DNA of 64,000 bases from Candidatus Hydrothermales bacterium. Its GTDB lineage: Bacteria; Hydrothermota; Hydrothermia; Hydrothermales; JAJRUZ01. Shown in pieces: positions 57,999-64,000 of the stretch. Location of the stretch: NCBI GenBank assembly GCA_039630575.1, contig JBCNUW010000004.1, forward strand, positions 36,146 to 100,145, read 5' to 3'. The notes beneath the pieces were generated by a model. It saw nothing but the letters and a program-made list of their open reading frames with translations, was not told where the DNA came from and did no database searches. Position numbers and translations under genes: made by a program. The stretch's first letter is position 1. Each line of letters begins with the position of its first letter.

Positions 57999-58871
57999 TT
58001 AATTTCTATTTATATAAAAAATTGAAAAAGCTGATGAAAAAGAGGTATATGCAACAAGTCCTAAGTTAAGAATTAACTTTGATATTATATTTATTGAATT
58101 GTGCTTTTTAAAAAATTTAAAAATAGATTTTCTTAGATAATGTTCAGATTTTAGACCCAAGTATTTCCTTGAGCCTCCATGAAAATGAATAATTTTTATA
58201 TCTGGAGCATATAAAACTTTATAACCTCTTTTTCTAATTCTCAAGCATAGATCAATATCCTCAGCAAATAAAAAAAATTCTTCATCAAAGCCTCCTACAT
58301 CTTCAAAAGTTTCCCTTTTTATAGCTACAAAGGCACCTAAAACAGCTTCTACTTCACGTGGTTTTGTTTCTTTTTCAAGATCAAGGTAGAGAAATTCTCT
58401 CGTTATTGGATTATTTTTTAAAATGAAAGATCCGATTGATTTCCTTCCGAATAAAAGATATTTAAATCTTGGGTATCTTCTGCAGCTTGGTTGATAAGTT
58501 CCATCAGGATATTCTAATTTTGATCCAAGAATTCCAAGGTTTTGTTCTCTTTCAAAATACCCTTTTATCTTCTCAAATGTCCCTTGTGGGATAATTACAT
58601 CAGCGTTAGAAAAAACAAGTATTTTACCCTTAGAAATTTTTGCCCCATAATTACATCCACCCCCATAACCGAGATTTTTCGTATTTTTAACATATTTAAA
58701 TTCAGGAAAAATTTTCTTTGCCTTTTCTATAGAATTGTCAGTGGAGTTGTTATCAATCACTATAACTTCAAACTCTTTTTCTTTGTTAAAAGTATTTAAT
58801 TTTATCGATCTTAAGGTGTAGGTAAGGTAATCTCCACTATTAAAATTAACTATAATTATAGAGAAATTCAC
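57999..58871 (-). CDS. glycosyltransferase family 2 (WbbL-like)
   Basis: IIIVNFN, IDNNSTD, NLGYGGGCN, FDEEFFLFAEDID. Confidence 0.9.
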   Translation of the reverse strand: MNFSIIIVNFNSGDYLTYTLRSIKLNTFNKEKEFEVIVIDNNSTDNSIEKAKKIFPEFKYVKNTKNLGYGGGCNYGAKISKGKILVFSNADVIIPQGTFEKIKGYFEREQNLGILGSKLEYPDGTYQPSCRRYPRFKYLLFGRKSIGSFILKNNPITREFLYLDLEKETKPREVEAVLGAFVAIKRETFEDVGGFDEEFFLFAEDIDLCLRIRKRGYKVLYAPDIKIIHFHGGSRKYLGLKSEHYLRKSIFKFFKKHNSINIISKLILNLGLVAYTSFSSAFSIFYINRN

Positions 58872-59242
58872 TTTTCCTCTTTATGCTTTGTATCTTTAAT
58901 TAGTTTTTCGTCCATTAAGCATTTACCATTAAATGTTACACCATCCTCTACAATTAGACCCTTACAGTAGACTTCTCCTTCAAATCTTGCATTTTTTTCA
59001 AAGTGAGCCTTTCCATCAACTATCAATTTACCAATAAAAGTTCCACCAACTTTTGCATTTTTAGCCCTTACATCCTGAGCTTTGACTTTTCCGCTTGCTC
59101 CTATGATTAATATATCCTTTGTTTCAATGTTTCCCTCAAATTCTCCATCAATTCTTACTCCACCTTTTGCCTTTATTTCTCCTTTTAATTGAGTTGATTC
59201 ACCTATATGAGTATCCAGCTGTGGATGAGGTTCCTTGTTCAT
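58868..59242 (-). CDS. bactofilin (polymer-forming cytoskeletal protein)
   Basis: IGEST.LKGEI, RIDGEFEG, IVEDGVTFNGKC beta-helix repeats. Confidence 0.88.
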   Translation of the reverse strand: MNKEPHPQLDTHIGESTQLKGEIKAKGGVRIDGEFEGNIETKDILIIGASGKVKAQDVRAKNAKVGGTFIGKLIVDGKAHFEKNARFEGEVYCKGLIVEDGVTFNGKCLMDEKLIKDTKHKEEK

Positions 59243-59254
59243 TTTTTAAAATTT

Positions 59255-59274
59255 TTTAAGGAATTGAACCTAAA
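59255..59274 (-). promoter_or_regulatory. tRNA T-arm-like hairpin #8 (bactofilin leader, overlapping the PMM stop)
   Basis: Minus strand TTTAGG-TTCAATT-CCTTAAA, core 16 nt before ATG 59242. Confidence 0.6.
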
Positions 59275-60641
59275 TTTATCTCTGTAAATTTTGAAAGTTC
59301 CTCTAAAATGATATTTTTTATTTCCTCCATTTTTTCAGGTGTTTTTCCCTCAAATCTAAGAACAAGGACGGGTTGAGTATTAGAGGCTCTCACAAGACCA
59401 AAGCCATCCGTAAAATTTATTCTTACACCATCTATGTCAAGAATTTTAAATTTCTTCGAAAATTTTTTCTTCAGTTTCTCAACAACTTTAAACTTATGTT
59501 CGTCTGGGCATTCAACTCTTATTTCAGGTGTTGAATAATAAAAAGGTATTTCATCAACAAGTTCATGAACCTTTTTCTTAAATGTGTCAACTACTTCTAG
59601 GAATCTTAGGGAAGCATAAATAGCATCATCAAATCCATAGAATCTATCACTGAAGAAAAGATGCCCTGACATTTCTCCTGCAATTGGTGCACCCTCTTCT
59701 TTAAGTTTAGCCTTTATTAGAGAATGCCCTGTTTTCCACATTATGGGTTCACCTCCAATTGACCTTATGTATTCGTAAACTCCCTGCGAGCATTTTACGT
59801 CAAAAATAATCTTACTTCCTTTTTTTTCTTCTAAAACTTTTTTCGATAAAATTGCAAGTATTTTATCTCCATAAATAATTCTAAACTTGTCATCTATTAC
59901 TCCTAGCCTATCCCCGTCGCCATCAAAACCAAATCCGCAGGTAAAGTTTTTTTCTTCCTTCATTAAGCCTTTAAGATCTTCCATATATTTTTCAACAGTT
60001 GGATCTGGCAAATGATTGGGAAAGTTACCGTTAGGTTCCATATAAATTCCAGAAAACTTTATTTTTAGTTCATTGTACAATCCCTCAATAACAGGTCCAC
60101 AGGTACCGTTGCCTGGATCAACTGCAACTTTATAACTTTCAGGATCCCATATCCTAACCCTCTCTTTAACTTCCTTTATATATTCAAATACTAAATCTCC
60201 CCTTATCCATCTTTTTCCGTGACCCTCTACATATTCGCCCCTTTCAATTATTTCTCTAATTTTCTGAATTTCCTTTCCATGGATAGTTTCTTTTCCACAC
60301 ATTATTTTAATTCCGTTAAACTCTTTCGGGTTATGACTGCCTGTAATCTGAATTCCACCATCAAGACCAAAATGAAAAACCGAGAAATATAAAATAGGGG
60401 TGGGAACCATTCCAATGTCAATTACATTTACCCCTGACTTTAAAAAAGCATCGAGAATAACATCATGTATCCTTGGGGATGATAACCTTGCATCCCTACC
60501 CAAGGATATGGTTTTCCCACCCCTTTTAATTATGTAGCTTGCTATTGCTTTACCTATATGCCATACACTTTCGTCCTTTAAATCCTCATCAGCTATTCCC
60601 CTTATGTCGTATTCACGGAATATGTAAGGATTTATGATCAT
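59256..60641 (-). CDS. phosphomannomutase/phosphoglucomutase (AlgC-like)
   Basis: IFREYDIRG, TGSHNP, FDGDGDR, GEMSGH, RASNTQP. Confidence 0.95.
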   Translation of the reverse strand: MIINPYIFREYDIRGIADEDLKDESVWHIGKAIASYIIKRGGKTISLGRDARLSSPRIHDVILDAFLKSGVNVIDIGMVPTPILYFSVFHFGLDGGIQITGSHNPKEFNGIKIMCGKETIHGKEIQKIREIIERGEYVEGHGKRWIRGDLVFEYIKEVKERVRIWDPESYKVAVDPGNGTCGPVIEGLYNELKIKFSGIYMEPNGNFPNHLPDPTVEKYMEDLKGLMKEEKNFTCGFGFDGDGDRLGVIDDKFRIIYGDKILAILSKKVLEEKKGSKIIFDVKCSQGVYEYIRSIGGEPIMWKTGHSLIKAKLKEEGAPIAGEMSGHLFFSDRFYGFDDAIYASLRFLEVVDTFKKKVHELVDEIPFYYSTPEIRVECPDEHKFKVVEKLKKKFSKKFKILDIDGVRINFTDGFGLVRASNTQPVLVLRFEGKTPEKMEEIKNIILEELSKFTEINLGSIP

Positions 60642-63475
60642 TCTGAAATAACTATTTTCTCTGTTACTTTTCTTTTATCCGTATCTATTTTTATAAAGTA
60701 AATACCCTTTGGTAATTCATTAGGAATTCTTATATACATGTCACCTGATAGTTTTCCATTCTTTAAAATTCCTATCTTTCTTCCACTTAATCCATAAAGA
60801 GACACAAACCCCGTTTCTTCACCTTTGATAGATAAAAATATCTCATTTTTCCCTATTGTTTTCTTTAGAACAAGTTTATTTTTGTTTTCCCTTTCATTTA
60901 CACTGAGTTCTGAGAAAGGTGAAGGTTGGACTGTAGTGAATTTAATTGCATAATTAGAGTCTGGTGAATGGAACCCAGGTCTTGGAGCATCAGCATACCA
61001 AGCTGTTATACCAGTATGCTCATAGGGTGATTCTATTCCTATAACACATCCAACATTCCATGGAACATAATATTCCTCCTGTAAACGAGGTTTTCTTTTA
61101 TATTGAAATACGATTTCACCGTCTCCAGTTGGAGTCGGATAATAGGCAGGATCATAAAGAATAACCTGGAACCTTTCATAGGCATTTGATGGACCACCTG
61201 CATAGGTAGAATGTCTGACATCATAGTAAGTCACAACAAATCTATGGTTTGCAGCATCGTAGAAAGAATAGGTATAACCGTAATTTCCATTTACAGTTTG
61301 ATCATAATCAGCCCATAAAGGTGAAATCATCGGATAGGCATCCCTATAAGGAAGAGGCATATTCTCTATCGGTGAAAAGGAACTTAAAGCTGCAACTATT
61401 AAATGCCCATTGTTTCCGATGACTATGTAAGAAATAGGCATATTATAGTATTTGAAAGTAAAGGGAAGGTTTACTACTGCTGCTGAATCATCTGTTAAGT
61501 TGTGGGAAGTGGCATTAGCAGGTGTAGGTATCCAGCTAAAGGTAGGTCTATAAGGATCTGTATCCTTTGATTCATAAGCATAGTACCCATAAAGATCTGG
61601 ACCATAGACTTCTGTTGGAGAGTATGGATTTAAAATGCAAACAGAGAATCTTTTTGCATAATAATTGTTGGAATTACCGTAAAATTCAACAAAGAAAATT
61701 GCTCTTGCTTCTCTTGGTACATCGTTTGAAACATTGAATATAAATGGACCAACAAGAGCTGTAGAACCACCAGATATATTACCTACATTAGTATTTGCAT
61801 TTACTATTGTTAAATATCTTGAAGGAGAGGTAAGATGAGCCGTAACACCAGTTATTGTACCTGTTCCTGTGTTCTTAACCCTTAAATAGTAGTTCACAGT
61901 TTCACCTGGTTTTATAATTCCGTCATTTCCATCATAAATTGAGTCTTTAAGAATAACAAGGTTAAATTGAGGAAGAGGAAGACTGTTAATTGCAAGAGGT
62001 AAGTTCAGTCTACCGGCTCCGTATACATTATCCTTTCCAGCTGGTCCCATGTCAGTTGCTGTTGTTTCAATTATTGAGTCCGCCATTCTTGGGGTCATTT
62101 CTGGATTTTTTGAAAAAAGTAAAGATAAAACACCTGAAATATGAGGTGTGGCCATGCTTGTTCCACTCATAAGTCTATAACCGTCGTTTGTTTCTCCCGC
62201 TAAACTCTGAACAAGGTCTCCAGGAGCAAGAATATCAGGATCAATAAGTCCAGTTGGAAGAGGAAAATCATTCCATGGTGGCACGTTACCCCAGTATGAA
62301 GGTCCAACTGAAGAAAATCCAGCAGTATCTCCATCTAAGGTCAGTGCCCCAACTGTAATCACAGCTGAAAGTGACCCAACATTACCAGTTGCTATCTGTG
62401 TGGGATGCAACCAAGGTGGAGGACTTGATCCAGGATTTGGGATATTCTCGGTAGGGCTATCATTTGCATTGTTTCCTGCAGCACAAGACATAACAGCTCC
62501 CGCTAATCTTACCATCTTTGATGCATATCTCCATCTTGATCTATCGAGAGTCCATTCGTTCATCCATCCGATAGAAAAGCTCATTACATCACAACCCATT
62601 TCTAATCCATATTCCATTGCAAGCCATACCCATCCCTCAGCAGCCCATCCAGCTGAATTTAAAACCTTAAGTGGTAAAATAGTTGCCTCTGGTGCAACTC
62701 CTGTAAGCATTCCACTTGTTCCATCTCCTGCAACTGTTCCTGCTACGTGGGATCCATGAAAAACAGGATTTCCCCACATATCCCTATAATCATCCATGGG
62801 ATCATTATCCCAGTTTGCAAAATCCCAACCTATATAATCATCCACATATCCGTTTCCGTCATCATCTACACCTGGCAATCCAGCATACTCAACCTCGTTT
62901 TTAAAGATCCTATCTTTTATGTCATTATGATTGTAATTTACTCCTGTATCAAAGATTCCAACTACTACTCCGTTTCCCTTGTAACCTAAACTCCAAGCAT
63001 GTTTTGCATTTATATATTTAACTCCCCATGCAGTATCAGGAGCAGCAGGAATAGAGTTTATCCTAATCTTTTTACCAGGCTTTGTATCCTTTAGTATTGC
63101 TTTAACAGGTTCATCAATTTCAATACCCTCTAAATCACTCCTTGTAAGAAGCTCTCTTATAGTTTTTAAATCAAGTTTTACATAAATTGCATTGACTATC
63201 CATATAGGTCTTATGTCTTTGATATTTTTTCCTCTCAAGAAATTCAAAATTTCTTTTTGAGAAACTGCTGCATTCTCCTTTAGTTTTTGAATTACTATCT
63301 TTCTTTTCAGTTCCTTTGATTTAGATTCAGTAAGTTTTTCAAGTTCTTTTTCATCTAAAGTATTTTTAACATATATAAGCACAGGATATACCCCTTCTTT
63401 TCCCTCAGATAGGACCTTCTTCAGCTTAGGTCCTACCTCAACAGATATTATAAAACTCAAAATTAGACCTAACAT
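60638..63475 (-). CDS. S8 serine protease with Ig-like and extra beta domains and T9SS-type C-terminus
   Basis: FDTG, HGSHVAGT, SGTSMATPH; DDDGNGYVDD Ca loop; C-terminal LYGLSGR..GIYF..K. Confidence 0.9.
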   Translation of the reverse strand: MLGLILSFIISVEVGPKLKKVLSEGKEGVYPVLIYVKNTLDEKELEKLTESKSKELKRKIVIQKLKENAAVSQKEILNFLRGKNIKDIRPIWIVNAIYVKLDLKTIRELLTRSDLEGIEIDEPVKAILKDTKPGKKIRINSIPAAPDTAWGVKYINAKHAWSLGYKGNGVVVGIFDTGVNYNHNDIKDRIFKNEVEYAGLPGVDDDGNGYVDDYIGWDFANWDNDPMDDYRDMWGNPVFHGSHVAGTVAGDGTSGMLTGVAPEATILPLKVLNSAGWAAEGWVWLAMEYGLEMGCDVMSFSIGWMNEWTLDRSRWRYASKMVRLAGAVMSCAAGNNANDSPTENIPNPGSSPPPWLHPTQIATGNVGSLSAVITVGALTLDGDTAGFSSVGPSYWGNVPPWNDFPLPTGLIDPDILAPGDLVQSLAGETNDGYRLMSGTSMATPHISGVLSLLFSKNPEMTPRMADSIIETTATDMGPAGKDNVYGAGRLNLPLAINSLPLPQFNLVILKDSIYDGNDGIIKPGETVNYYLRVKNTGTGTITGVTAHLTSPSRYLTIVNANTNVGNISGGSTALVGPFIFNVSNDVPREARAIFFVEFYGNSNNYYAKRFSVCILNPYSPTEVYGPDLYGYYAYESKDTDPYRPTFSWIPTPANATSHNLTDDSAAVVNLPFTFKYYNMPISYIVIGNNGHLIVAALSSFSPIENMPLPYRDAYPMISPLWADYDQTVNGNYGYTYSFYDAANHRFVVTYYDVRHSTYAGGPSNAYERFQVILYDPAYYPTPTGDGEIVFQYKRKPRLQEEYYVPWNVGCVIGIESPYEHTGITAWYADAPRPGFHSPDSNYAIKFTTVQPSPFSELSVNERENKNKLVLKKTIGKNEIFLSIKGEETGFVSLYGLSGRKIGILKNGKLSGDMYIRIPNELPKGIYFIKIDTDKRKVTEKIVISE

Positions 63476-63487
63476 TTTTACCTCCTT

Positions 63488-64000
63488 TTATTTTAAAATT
63501 ATAACTTTTTCTCTTAAAGGTTTATTCTCTATTTTACCCTTTATAAGGTAAATCCCTGAGGGAAGTTTGTGTATGTATTCTTGTCCTTCTTTAAAATCCT
63601 CTTTTTTAATAATCTTAATTCTCCTCCCTTCTTTACTGTAAATGCCTAAGGAGATGTCTTTGTAGTTTTTACCAATAAACTTAATTTTTAGATCCTTTGA
63701 AAGTGAGTTAATTTTATGATCTTTTAATTTTTCAAAATTATCTTCCAAAATATCTGTTCCGTAACCTATCCTCACATAATCAATGACGATGTTTGAAACA
63801 CCATCATCTGAGATTCCCTGCCACTTTATGTAAACAGTTTGATTGGAGTAAGCTGAAAGGGCTAAGGCAAATGTTCTTTCAAAATTTCCGAACATCTTAT
63901 CGATTAAACTCCAAGTTATCCTATCTGTTGAAGCAAAAATTTTTAGAGTATCGTTATTGTTTGTTGTTCCCTTGTTCCATGCCCAGAAAAACAGTCTAGG
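63488..64000 (-). CDS. T9SS-type C-terminal-domain secreted protein, 5'-truncated by window edge
   Basis: Frame open to base 64000; C-terminal IYSKEGR..LPSGIYLI..K motif. Confidence 0.7.
   Translation of the reverse strand, partial: PRLFFWAWNKGTTNNNDTLKIFASTDRITWSLIDKMFGNFERTFALALSAYSNQTVYIKWQGISDDGVSNIVIDYVRIGYGTDILEDNFEKLKDHKINSLSKDLKIKFIGKNYKDISLGIYSKEGRRIKIIKKEDFKEGQEYIHKLPSGIYLIKGKIENKPLREKVIILK

Overview
AT-rich bacterial chromosome segment with densely packed, often translationally coupled housekeeping genes. It contains the replication origin (dnaA-dnaN with DnaA-box clusters on both sides of dnaA, ~38.2-39.8 kb), three tRNA genes (Pro-TGG, Ile2-CAT, Leu-TAA, none encoding CCA), LPS/lipid A genes, two S8 proteases with T9SS-type C-termini and a GAF/PAS kinase-HD-GYP cluster. 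Gene content and Lys/Glu-rich proteins suggest a thermophilic diderm, possibly candidate phylum WOR-3 (inference only). No CRISPR array, transposase or integrase was seen. The most unusual signal is non-coding. At least eight mRNA leaders carry a tRNA T-arm-like hairpin (GG-TTCNANN-CC; one TTG variant), always in the sense orientation and 15-24 nt before the start codon, and five sit just downstream of a recognisable sigma70 promoter. Other notable items: a GC-rich inverted repeat bracketing the HU gene, frequent leaderless genes, probable ATA/ATT starts, a DciA-like small ORF overprinted on DnaA boxes, an arginine-synthetase-like gene near ornithine carbamoyltransferase, a gnnA/lmtA-like/lpxB lipid A cluster, and a Nei glycosylase lacking the catalytic N-terminal Pro. 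All calls are from motif recognition by eye; no database searches were run.
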